The position numbers were made by a program, and so were the translations under genes. A stretch of 64,000 bases of DNA, taken from contig CM052817.1 of NCBI GenBank assembly GCA_028534125.1, positions 70,558,001 to 70,622,000 of the forward strand, in the 5' to 3' direction. Below the pieces are notes generated by a model. It did not search any database. It saw only the letters and a program-made list of their open reading frames with translations, and was not told where the DNA came from. This document shows positions 1 through 10,905 of the stretch, one piece after another. This DNA is from Lama glama (lineage: Eukaryota). Within the stretch, counting starts at the first letter, position 1, and every line of letters starts with the position of its first letter.

Positions 1-299
1 TAGATGTCCAGACCTAGGTGGGGCACATTGGAGGATGCAAATAAGCATAAGACATGTTTCCTGTCAACAAGTAATTTACACTTTGGTAAGGGGCAACATT
101 GAAGTAAATTATGGGATTTAAGAATAATTAAATGTTAAACTACTGCTAATTGTTTAAAAGGATTAAGAACAGGAGCTCATCTGGGTGGCAGCAGGGGATT
201 GCTGGATGGGATTTAGACGGATAAAAGAAAGAAAGAAAAAGGATGAACCAGGAAAAAAAAAAGGGAGGATTTTTATGAATATGATAAATATATTATAGA

Positions 300-1240
300 G
301 AAATAAAAAAATTCTATTCAGGAAAGGCAGGATTATAGGGCCTTGAAAATCAGATGGAGAAGTTTGGTCTCAATAGGGTAGGCAAAGGGGTCACTTAGGT
401 TTCTGAACAGACTAGAGTCATCAAAAATAGTGATAGTTTAGGAAAATTAGCCATGAGTGATATACTGGATAGATGAGAGGAGTAAGGAGGCACTGGGGGT
501 AGAGGAAATGTTTAAGGGCTTATTGCAACATTAGACCTGAAATTATCAGGATGCGGACCTAGTTGGGAATGGAAAGAAGGAGGCAACCTTGACAGATACT
601 TCACAAAAGGCAACAGTAGCTTCAGTGAGATACAATGGATGAAGGACTAAGAATAGTTTAAAAATGACTCTGAAGTTTCCACCATAAGAAATCAGAAAAC
701 TTATGGTATCATTAGCTGGTGAATTAGGAAAGGGAGTCATTCGGTAGGTGGGAAAGGTAACCAGTAAATTGTGTGTACTGGTGGAAGTTGACAAGGCAGT
801 CTTGCACCCACAGCGGAAATATTCCTGGACAGGTAGAGTGTCTGCAGATCAGGCCTGGAGATGATAGACTTGCAAGCCTTAACACGAGAGAACACAGAGG
901 GAGTGACTGTACCAAGAAAAGACTTGAGGATACTCCAAATTAGGGAACGGGCAGAGAAACTGGAAATATGAAAACAGAGTGAATCCGTCAAAGAAGAAAA
1001 CTGGAACATGAGAGTAGAGGGTACGAAAAACCAGAAAGACAGACTTTCAAAAGGAAAGTGGTTAGTACAAACGTCACATAAAACTCAGGAGTGAGGAGTA
1101 CAGTGGGCTTGACCTAGATGTTTATTGCTGACCTCTGTAAGAGAAATTTCAACAAAATGATGATATAGGCTAGAACATAAGGATCTAAGTATGAAAAGGA
1201 TGATAAGGAAGCAAAGGTGATGAGGACAAGCCACACAGTC
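300..1240 (-). mobile_element. Old, degraded L2 LINE fragment
   Basis: Purine-rich sequence resembling reverse-strand L2; boundaries approximate. Confidence 0.6.
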
Positions 1241-1291
1241 TATGTGTTTTTACTTAACGCAAGAAAAAGCACTGAATGGCAGCAGTCGTAA

Positions 1292-1535
1292 GAAGCACTT
1301 ACAGAGGGTTTATTATGTGCCAGGCACTGTCTAACACACAGTATGTATTTAGACATTTATTCCTCATAACAGCCCTATGTGTGTTTTGAGGCAGATACTG
1401 CTGTTGTCCTCATTTTCAGATGAAAAAACTGAGGTACAGTGAACTAAATAACTTGCCCTAGCTCATGCACTTAGTAAGCAAGAGATTTGAACCCAGGCAG
1501 CTCCAAGTCCAGAGCCACGGGGCTCTAAATGGCTT
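1292..1535 (-). mobile_element. MIR SINE
   Basis: tatgtgccaggcactgt...cattttcagatgaaaaaactgagg...aacttgccc...gatttgaacccaggcag. Confidence 0.85.
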
Positions 1536-1814
1536 TGCTAGGCTCACTTTTTAAGCAAAGAGACAAAGATTGGCAAAACCAATACAAGATTTAAACCAGA
1601 AAAGACTAAAGAATAACCTGAAGGTAGAGGGGAAAGAAAAGAAAAGATTGTAAAATGCCAAGAAATTAAGAGGATAAACTGGGGCAGGGAGAAGATGGGT
1701 TAAGGAGTTCAGGGAGAAGGTGTGCTTTGAGCAGTGGAGTGCCTTTGATCTGAGGTGGGGGGACGAAGCTGATATTAACACACACTACATGGGTCTCATC
1801 AGCTTCATTGTCTC

Positions 1815-1846
1815 TGTGTGTGTGTGTGTGTGTTTGTGTGTGTGTG
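1815..1846. repeat. (TG)n microsatellite, read as (CA)n on the pre-mRNA
   Basis: Read directly; one interruption. Confidence 0.95.
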
Positions 1847-1876
1847 GCTGGCGGTGGCGGGGGGGCGGTCACTTGC

Positions 1877-1954
1877 CTGCAAGGCTTCGTGGAGGTTGCC
1901 ATTGTAGTCTATGATCTCGGTGGCTCCCTGATCCCCCTTTTGACCAGGTGGACC
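1877..1954 (-). CDS. COL25A1: COL25A1 exon M (78 nt): GPPGQKGDQGATEIIDYNGNLHEALQ; end of COL2 / start of NC3; GC donor
   Basis: gattttttcatag|GGTCCA...TTGCAG|gcaagt; non-collagenous part matches recalled COL25A1 NC3. Confidence 0.94.
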
Positions 1955-2891
1955 CTATGAAAAAATCAACCAAGGGAAAATCATAGGGGTTAGATTAGGA
2001 AATATAAGGGACTGAGGCAAAAACAGAAATAGCAACATGCAGCTCTCTCTGACCATCAATTCTCAACTAATTCCCAACAGCTCCCAACTGCTTTTTAGAA
2101 TAAGTAATCGTGTTCAGAGTTTGTCCTTATTTCAAAGGAGGCAAACTGCTTCTAACTTCCTATCTGTGGAAATTAAAGATATTAAATTGGATTTAAAAAA
2201 AGATGGTTCAATCTTGAAAACTACTTTCTGAGAATTATAATATGTAGGCTAGCCTGATTTGACTTGTAAGATTTTGTTGGCTTTACCCATATTTATTAAA
2301 GCAACCCCTACCCACTTTCTCCCCATCTACAGCTCACAGAGGGCTTCCTCATTCTTCAGGAAGACAGAACACTGCATTGTAGGAAATGCTTGGCTTTCCC
2401 AACAGTAACAGAGTTCCATCACAACTGAACCAAGTAGAGAACAAATATTTTCAAGATGTCTACCTTACTCAGTAGCTCTGCCACTGAATTTCCATTAGTC
2501 TTGTCCTGATTCCCTGACTGTGTTTTTAAAAGGCTGAAAATGTGGGCTATTGCTTTCTTTATAATTGGGTTAACTGAAAAGTGGAAAGTTCTATTAGGTG
2601 GATGGCTGTGGGCCTGCTATTGCTCATTTACCAGGGGGGAAATAGATATAAAGAGTTCTCCAGACCTTCTTCTTATGAAGCTTATCTCATGTGTCAGAAT
2701 CTACACACTCTTTGCTCTTGGTGACTACAGTGAAAAATAAGAAGAGGGGAGTATCAGGAATAATCACAGAAGTCCACCTCCAGTGCTATTATTGGGTACT
2801 ATCACTGCGAGTGCCTTGTGAAAATCCACATAGATACATACTTAAAATCTAGGCTTGTTGGAGGCGAAAAGCATAGATGAGACACACTCAC

Positions 2892-2936
2892 CCTTGGTCC
2901 CAGGGCTCCAGAGTCCCCTTTGTCGCCACGATCACC
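2892..2936 (-). CDS. COL25A1: COL25A1 exon L (45 nt): GDRGDKGDSGALGPR
   Basis: ctcttttcactggggaaag|GGTGAT...CCAAGG|gtgagt. Confidence 0.93.
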
Positions 2937-4481
2937 CTTTCCCCAGTGAAAAGAGAATAAATCTAATTAGCAGTGGGGCCAACAGTCTAGAAACATCTTA
3001 AATCTAAGGATGCATTCAATGGCATACAAGCAACACCTTTAATATAAACTTCCGAAGTGGAAGATAACAACCAGAAGTACAATAACCACTGACATGGCAA
3101 ATGCTTCTTTAAGATGCACCTTAAAGTAAATTAAATTTCCCCCTTCAGATGACAGAGTATCTTGAAACAACAATATATATGGTAATTCGCTTACCAGGGA
3201 TCTTCAAAAGCAAAACAAGTAGTTTCTATGACACCCAAAGTAAGCTTTTACCTCTTAGATTGAGCCTTCTTCTTATCTTTATATGAAGAGATTTGGGGCA
3301 AAGGGTCAAGAGTCAACAATTAATTGGGTTCTCTGAGAAGAAAAATGTAGGTAATCGGGACAGGGAAGAAATAGAGAGATCAATGGAGAGCTCATTCTAA
3401 GGAGACTTAGGAGGGAAAGGTCACCATTTGGCCTCCCTCTGATGATGAGCATCTAAGGAAAAGTTCCCTGCAGGTACCGACCTCTTAGCCCTCAGGAAGC
3501 GCTGAAGTGGACAGCAGCTACATGGACCAGGTTGGCAGGGCTGAAGGTCAAGAGCAGGGCAAACTCAGCTCTCTCTTTTTTTTCAATGCAGTATGAAGAG
3601 TCTCTAAATTTCCATTTATGGTGCTATTGCTCCCCACCCCGACCCCTGGAAAGACACCAGGAATCGTCTAAGCCTCAAACTGCACATGCATCTCTCTGAG
3701 AACACTCAAAATGTTCAGAAGTCTAAACAGGAATTTTGGAGAAGAGATTTGAAACTGTGTAGATTTTGAAGGTTCTTTGAAATAGCCTGAAATTTATAGA
3801 GCCCTTTTCCTAAATAGAATACAAATCATTTTTATACGTCTTTCTAAATATTCCTATAAACTGGATAAGGACCAATGAAGATAAGCAGGAGACGGGATTA
3901 TAATTTTTTCCATCCACGTTATGCTAATAACACTGACCCTAATAATTAAATTTGCTGTGAATGGGGAGTTAATAATTTCTGCTCTCAGTTTTCTCCACTT
4001 TTCCATATTATTAGCTAAAAGCATCTTAAATAACATGCTTCTGCTAGTAGTATATATATTATTATAGGTACTATAGAGAGCACAACAAAGGAGAGAATTT
4101 AAATTGGTGGTGAAATTTTAATGCACCTGACTTTAAAGCAAAGCATAATTTGAACATTTATCACAAGGATAGCCAGGGAATAAAAAATAAGATTATACTA
4201 TTCATAAATTAAATATTTAATTTTTTCTGAATTAGATACTCTTATGAAACAGGAAATACAATTTCTCTTAAAGAATGGTCTGAAGCACAAGGACACAAAA
4301 ACAAACAGATGAAATAAACAAACTGATTGTTTGGAGATATGGAGATATCATCATAGGGACGAAAGGACTGCAATTCCAGCGCGTGAGGGTTTAATCTAAA
4401 CCATGATTCTCTGCAGAAGAGGCAGAGAACACAGCTCTTGAAGGCCTCCTGTTACATTAAAATGGTTACCCAGTTACTGAC

Positions 4482-4526
4482 CTTTGACCCCTTTGGGCCT
4501 CTAGTTCCTGATTCACCTTGTTTCCC
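4482..4526 (-). CDS. COL25A1: COL25A1 exon K (45 nt): GKQGESGTRGPKGSK
   Basis: gttcttctataatag|GGGAAA...TCAAAG|gtcagt. Confidence 0.95.
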
Positions 4527-4991
4527 CTATTATAGAAGAACACAAAGATGAAAAAGAGAAAATGACAGAGGGAGATAAGAACAGAAAAAAGAAATTAGCA
4601 GTGACTCAGAATAGTGAAGAAAAATGGAAACACTTTAACTGCCTCAATATATGGCTGTATATAATGTAGGCTGTTGTAACATTAAACGTAAGTATTACCA
4701 CCATGTCATTAGTTCATTCCCTGGTCCCTCCACCAAACTCCATTCTATTATAAGTCTGAAGACTGTCCACCCATCAGTGGATGGGAAGAGTTCTGCAAAT
4801 AATTCTCATTAGTCTCAACGGTGTTTGCATAAATTTCCTTTACATCAAAGAGTAAATCATCTCCTGCGTCTCTAGGATGAGTTACTAAAATAAAGTGTTA
4901 CCATATTAGTTTGCAGGATGTTTAGAGGAATAAATTAAATAGTCAAATAAATCCTTAGTGCTCATATTTTCAAGGTGTTACACACCATCAA

Positions 4992-5005
4992 GTTACCATG
5001 GAAAC
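4992..5005. promoter_or_regulatory. Candidate RFX X-box GTTACCATGGAAAC
   Basis: Exact match to GTTNCCATGGNAAC; function not shown. Confidence 0.5.
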
Positions 5006-5331
5006 GAACACAGCACGTATCCACATTTTCCTCGGTAGGTTTTAATATACACTGAGTGGTAACGTGTTAATGTGTCAGTACCTCCCTCTTTACAGTGAGA
5101 TGTGTTATTAAATTTGCTGCCTGGATAGAAGAGAGTAAACTGGAAAAGCTGAATTGTAAAATCCCTTTTAGAAAAGAAACCAATTAGTGGGCATTTCAAC
5201 AAATTATTTGTGATTTTGGCTGTTTTAATACCCGTTGAGTAATTTTATTTTAGTTTCATGTTCCGAAGAAAGTAAAAGTAAGCACACTTCCAAACCGAAG
5301 AATGTTGTTTTTCAATGTAAGAATCACTGAC

Positions 5332-5400
5332 CTTTGGTCCTGGGGCTCCAGGATCCCCTCGATCCCCTCTTCCAGGAGGCCCTGCCTCTCCACGTTCACC
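5332..5400 (-). CDS. COL25A1: COL25A1 exon J (69 nt): GERGEAGPPGRGDRGDPGAPGPK (GR imperfection)
   Basis: ttttgcaatttgtgacag|GGTGAA...CCAAAG|gtcagt. Confidence 0.95.
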
Positions 5401-6199
5401 CTGTCACAAATTGCAAAATAGGTCAATGGCAACTCCCCTCCCTGCCAGGCTGGTCCCTGTAGATAAATGAGTGAGCTGAATAAAATCAATGAAAGCAGAA
5501 AGTTACCATATATCCACCATGTTCTCAACATCGCATTAATCTCAATAGGGATCATCTCATTGAATAATCAAAACAATTATTCAATGTTTGTATTTTCATT
5601 TCCATTTTATAGACAAGGAAATGGTTTGGTAAATGCCTGTCAGATATCTATGTTCTGGTAAACAGAAAGACCTTTAAAGAGAATTGATAAGGGACAGGAA
5701 TGGACATAGTTCTCAGTTAGCAGCCCCCTTTTTAAGATCTATCAAGAAGAAGCATGGTGAGATGACTAAGTGCCAGGCTTGTAATTTCACATCCTGGCTT
5801 TAATCTTGTTACTTACCAGTTCCTTGTTTTGGGGAAAGTTAATTAAGTTCTGAAAGCCTCAGTTTCCTCTATAAAATGGAGAAGATTACAGTACCAATTT
5901 CATAACTTAGAAATGAAGAGTGCTCAGTGTGGTACAAGACACTTAGGTGTTAAAGCTTTTACTGTTTTTATAGCTCTGGGAAGGAAGATCACGGTCATTG
6001 CCCTCAAGGAGCTAGTGATCTAGTTAGACAGATAAGATCCTCATGAACAAAACAGTTAGGAATTAAGGTGTAATGTAAGGCCATATGTGAGAGAAGAGGA
6101 AACCCCGTAGGGTTTTCAACGGTTCATACTGAATTCTGGTTGGTCACGTCCTGAAGGATGGGTAGGGTGTATTTTATAATTACTACTGTTTATGGCTGT

Positions 6200-6375
6200 G
6201 TTATTTATTGATGAGTGCAGGAACTGAACAAAACACTTCAATTATCCTATTTAATCCTCAGGACAAATGAGAATGGTGTTAATATCCATAGTCTACAGAT
6301 AAGGAAACTGAAGCACAGGGAGGTTAAGTAACTTTCCCAAAGACTTTAAAGTAGGAGAGCTGTAATTTAGAACTG
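6200..6375 (-). mobile_element. MIR SINE fragment
   Basis: atttaatcctca...acagataaggaaactgaagcacagggaggttaagtaactttcccaa core. Confidence 0.75.
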
Positions 6376-9257
6376 ATTGCACTCAGTTTTCAATTTTTGC
6401 ATAAATGTTTTTGTCTGCAAATTTTCTGCTCATCTCTTATTTTCTTAGGATAAGTTCCTAGTTGGGAAATGGCTGTGTCAAAAGTATAAACATTTGAAAA
6501 GCTTGCCAAAGCATCCTCCAGAAAGACCGTTTTGCACTCCCTGAACATAGAGTAGTGTCCAGCTTCCTGCATCATGGGTAGAATTTCAATAATCAAACCA
6601 GTTTTGATTTCAGACTGATGATGGCATGTTTACTGATAAGGGAGGCATCCTCCTCATTGAAGGGCTGATTCATCTTGGAAAGGAAAAGAAAACAGGATTG
6701 GGTCTGTGGTGGGTGATGTAGGGTTTTCAATCCCAAGATCTTTATCTGTATCATGCCCACTCTGGGAAGCCTTTGTGCTTTTGCAGAGGAGATGGGATAG
6801 GTTAGTGCCAGGATTAAAGAAGACTCAGTAGGCTTCTTGGCATGATCCAAAAGGGCGTGGGAATTGGAGAGGCTGGGAGAAAGGCGAGGGACTTGGCTGG
6901 ATGCAGGTGACGGAAAAGATGCTCCAGGAGGGACTTTCCAGGGGTTAGAGACTGAAGCACTTCTGCTGGTATATGGAATTTTTATTTAAAATATAGATAC
7001 CATGTTTGGTGTTTCTCTTAATATTTTACAGAAGAATTCTAAAATGGTAACTATAATCTTGTTTTAGGGAAAAATGAAAACCTTAGAAAGTCACTTCTCT
7101 GTAGTAATTACCACAGGAGTGGAGTCAATAAATATTTACCTAGAAATCATTTATTAAACCACGCCCCTAATTAGTTGCTTATTACCTTATGGAATTACAT
7201 TATTTATTTATTTTTTTCTTTTCTTTCCCCCCTTTCTCACACATACTGCAATGTAAGCTTCAGTAGAGACTGGTTTTCTTGCAGTTACTCTCCATTCTCA
7301 AATACCAGAAAAATGTCTAGCAAAAAATGTGTGGAATTAATGAATAAACAATATTATTCAAAGTATTCTTAATTATTTGTAACAAAGTCCTATTTCTTTA
7401 GACAGATGTAGGTTCTCCCCAGGCACTGAAATAGATGCTGAGAATACAGCAGTGCATAAAATAGATTTTTACATGCCATTAAACCATTTTCTTCATTGTG
7501 ATCTCTCTTCACTGTGTTGGGGGTGAGACATACAGTTAGTTTATTTTTTAAATCTGAATTTAGTGGTACAAATTCAGACTGCCTATACAACTGGAAAAAG
7601 ACTAGTATTCGGCTGAAAGAGATTTTTAATAGTCATGATTTTTCCGTTATGATACCGTATTCATGATAGATAAGTAATTCAGCTGAAAATTAACTTCAAA
7701 ATATTGTTAAGTGGATTTCTTATTCACATGCCTTCTTATGGAAATGCAAGACAGTTACAGCACAGTCTTTACTCTCATTGGAGGTTCGGAGTAGTACCTC
7801 TTATAAAAGTATCTGGTCTGTAAAATCAGGTCAGGTTTTTGAAGAACAGTAATTAATGTTGATTTTATGGCTCTACATTTGGATTTTTTTTTTGACGCGA
7901 AATAGTTTAAAATAAGTGAGCTAAAGAAAAGATATGTAGGGATGAACTCCGCTCTCCACGGTCTGCATTTCTTCTATTTTTCTCTTGTTTAGCAAACAAC
8001 ATGCCACAAACATTTAGAGATCATGTGCATGCCTGGCCCTCTCTGGCACTGACCAGGTTTCCCATTTCCTTGTACTTACTCACCACGTTGCCTTTCTTTC
8101 TCTACCTGGCTCTGAGTCTGTAAGCCTATATAAATACAACAATTCTGATGGAGACACAGAATGCTCATTATTCTCTTGTTCTTTCTTTTTTTAATTCCAG
8201 AAAGTGCATTTCTTGCTTAAATCTGTTCAGGCCAAAACAGGCATTCCTCATATTTTGTTAATAAGCTTGTCAGCTCATTATGTGAAAAAGAAATTGCTTG
8301 AGAAAACAGCAATTTTGCATACGTTTGACCAAGTTTCAGTCCCCCTTAGGCCACACATAGTTTCCATTTACTAGGATTAGAGCTGTTTTCTTGTGACCAG
8401 CGGAAATGAGGACTTCTCTTCAGAACAGACCATGAACATATTTCTCTAGCTCTTGGAAATCACCCTGGCTTATTTCTGGTGAATGTAATGCACACTGAGG
8501 CAAAGACTGCTATGGTTTAAAAGTAAAAGAATGTAGTTTGATCTAATTTTGCTCCTTCTTTGATTCATGAGTCTGTCATGAAAAAAGTTCCGTCGTCAGA
8601 GCTGTACGTTTTTATGTCTTATTGGGTAGGATAAAAAGGGAACTACGGGTCTGACTGTATCCGCAGCAACATTTTTTTTTTTTTATATGGCGGCATATAG
8701 ATTTTGCTTTTAGGGTCCTCTCTCAGGTTGCCAAGGAGAAGATCATGAGATGGTTTTCATTATAGAACCTTTCTGTAGACGTTATTCAGGATAGATCCTT
8801 TTGGGAGGAAGCACTTAGGAATTTATATGATATCAGTACTTGCCTTTGAAATCTAGGGGTTGATGGGGGAATAGTAATAATGTTTGATTTACACGTATGT
8901 CTTAAAACTGGTAATGAGGAACAGGAGTTAATGAGTTCCACCTCTCCTCCTCAAAATTCCCTCGCTTTTCCATATGGCCAGGAGACTAAATAGCACTCTA
9001 TTGATTTAGGTGCAATTTGGGGATAACTGGAGCAATGAGTGTATTCTACCATACTGTTTTCTTGTCTAAGGCTTTCTGGAGTTAACTTCCTGTTACTCTA
9101 TTTAATTTAGATTCCCATTTTAAATGTTAGTGATGAGTGGTAAGCTGCTTTAGTTCTCCACTAGGCAAAAATATCTGGTCACATAAATAACACAATGAAC
9201 TAAAATTATATGACAAAAAATTTCAGAAGGAAAGGCAGGGGAAAAGACTGTCTTTAC

Positions 9258-9320
9258 CTTTGTTCCTGGTAATCCTGGTAAGCCTGGTTCTCCCTGAGGA
9301 CCAATGAAACCTGGTTCTCC
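9258..9320 (-). CDS. COL25A1: COL25A1 exon I (63 nt): GEPGFIGPQGEPGLPGLPGTK
   Basis: ctcatttttctcaag|GGAGAA...ACAAAG|gtaaag; also visible within ORF 9150..9338. Confidence 0.96.
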
Positions 9321-9628
9321 CTTGAGAAAAATGAGCATATGAGATCATTATTTATTTGACAGTAAATATTTAAAGTTAAACTGATTTCCTTTTCTTGGGA
9401 TTTTACTTCTTTGATTATATACAGCTTTCTTGCTGAGACCTAGCTACTGACTATAAAATGAATCCGAATTGGTTTTGATGAGTGAACATACTTTGAACAA
9501 AGCTTTGGAGAAGCTTCAGAAAGCAAAAGTGACAAAGAAATCAGATAAAAGTCTTTACAATTTCCTTTCTCATCTGTTGTCCAATGCTTCTTAATTTTAA
9601 GAATTAAGATCCCTTATATTTGGCTGGA

Positions 9629-10017
9629 TGTGGTAGGTAGCCTCTAAGAAGGGTCTCAATGATCCCACCTCCTGGTATGCATGCCCTTGCATAACCCCTC
9701 TGCTTGAGTGGGCGCTGGATTTACCACCTCACCTCTAGTGAACAGAATGTGGCAGAAGTAATGGGATATCACTTCTGAGACTAAGTTATAAAAAGACTGT
9801 GGCGTCCATCTTGGGGCAGATGCTCCAGCCCAGTAGACTCTTCAGATGAGATCACAGCCATGGCTGATAGCTTGACTGCCTTATCATGGGACATACTGAG
9901 CCAGAGGCACCCAGCTGAGCCATGCTCAAATTCTTGTTCCTCCAAAACTGTGAGAGAATTGTTTTAAGCCACTGTAGTTTGGGGGTTATAGGGTGGGCAG
10001 CAATAGATAACTGGATG
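9629..10017 (+). mobile_element. MaLR solo LTR (MLT1F/G-like, internally deleted)
   Basis: tgtggtagg start, gatcccacctcctggt, cacttctgagactaagttataaaaagactgtggc, 3' gttttaagccact...gcagcaatagataac. Confidence 0.8.
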
Positions 10018-10111
10018 TGGCTGGGGAAGAGATTCAGGAATGCTCAGTACAGAAGGAAAAATACCTCTCCTTGCCATACTTCCAAAATCTCTTTTCTAAA
10101 GGAAACCCAGT

Positions 10112-10905
10112 TGTGGTAGAATAAAAAATATATTTGGTCTTGTTCCTGGTTCCTAAAACCCTTGGAATTTCCTAGTAATAAGAGTAATAGGAGCATCTTT
10201 TGTTATTCATAACAAGTCCCTTTCAAACATGCCTGAGTTTATGCTAATGGGGTGATTCTTGATGGGCCCTTAGACAGCTTCAGAATGGCAGGCTGTAGGA
10301 AGAAGGTTGAAACTTCCAGCCTTTTCCCTCCTCTTATCATCTCCAGAGAAGGGAAAGGGACTGGAAAGTGAGTTTAATCACCAATGGCCAATGATTTAAT
10401 CAATTGTGCCTACTTAATGGAACCTCCACGAACCCCTTAACCAACTAGGATTGGAGAGCTACTGAACTGGTGAACACATCCACGTGCTGGTGGGATGGTG
10501 CACCTCAACTCCATGGGGACAGAGGCTTCTGCGCTCTGAACTCTTTTGACTTCACCCTATGTACCTCTTCATTTGGCTGTTCATCTTTATTTTTTTCTAA
10601 TAAACTGTAATCGTAAGTATGGCATTGTCTTAAGTTCTGTGAGTCATTGCAGCAAATTATCAAACTTGAGTTGGGGTGGGAGTGGCTGTGAGTACCCTGG
10701 AATTTGTAGACAAGTCAGATGGAAGTGCAGGTAAAGGGTAGGAGTGAGGTTAAGGCCTGAACCCTTAAACTGGTGGAATCCGATGGTAACCCTGAGTAGT
10801 TGGTGTCACAGTAGGACTGAATTGTAGGACATGCAGTTGGAGTCAGAGAATTAGAGTTGGAGAACTGGTGTTGGAAAAGACACCATGTATTCAGTGTTAA
10901 AAAAC
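10112..10905 (+). mobile_element. ERVL-type solo LTR (MER21C-like)
   Basis: tatatttggtctt, cctaaaacccttggaatttcct, atcaccaatggccaatgatttaatcaa, tatgtacctcttcatttggctgttcat motifs. Confidence 0.8.

Noticed and set aside
5256..5555. 99-aa ORF overlapping exon J in an alternate frame
   Set aside because: Alternate frames of Gly-X-Y exons are stop-poor; no independent coding evidence
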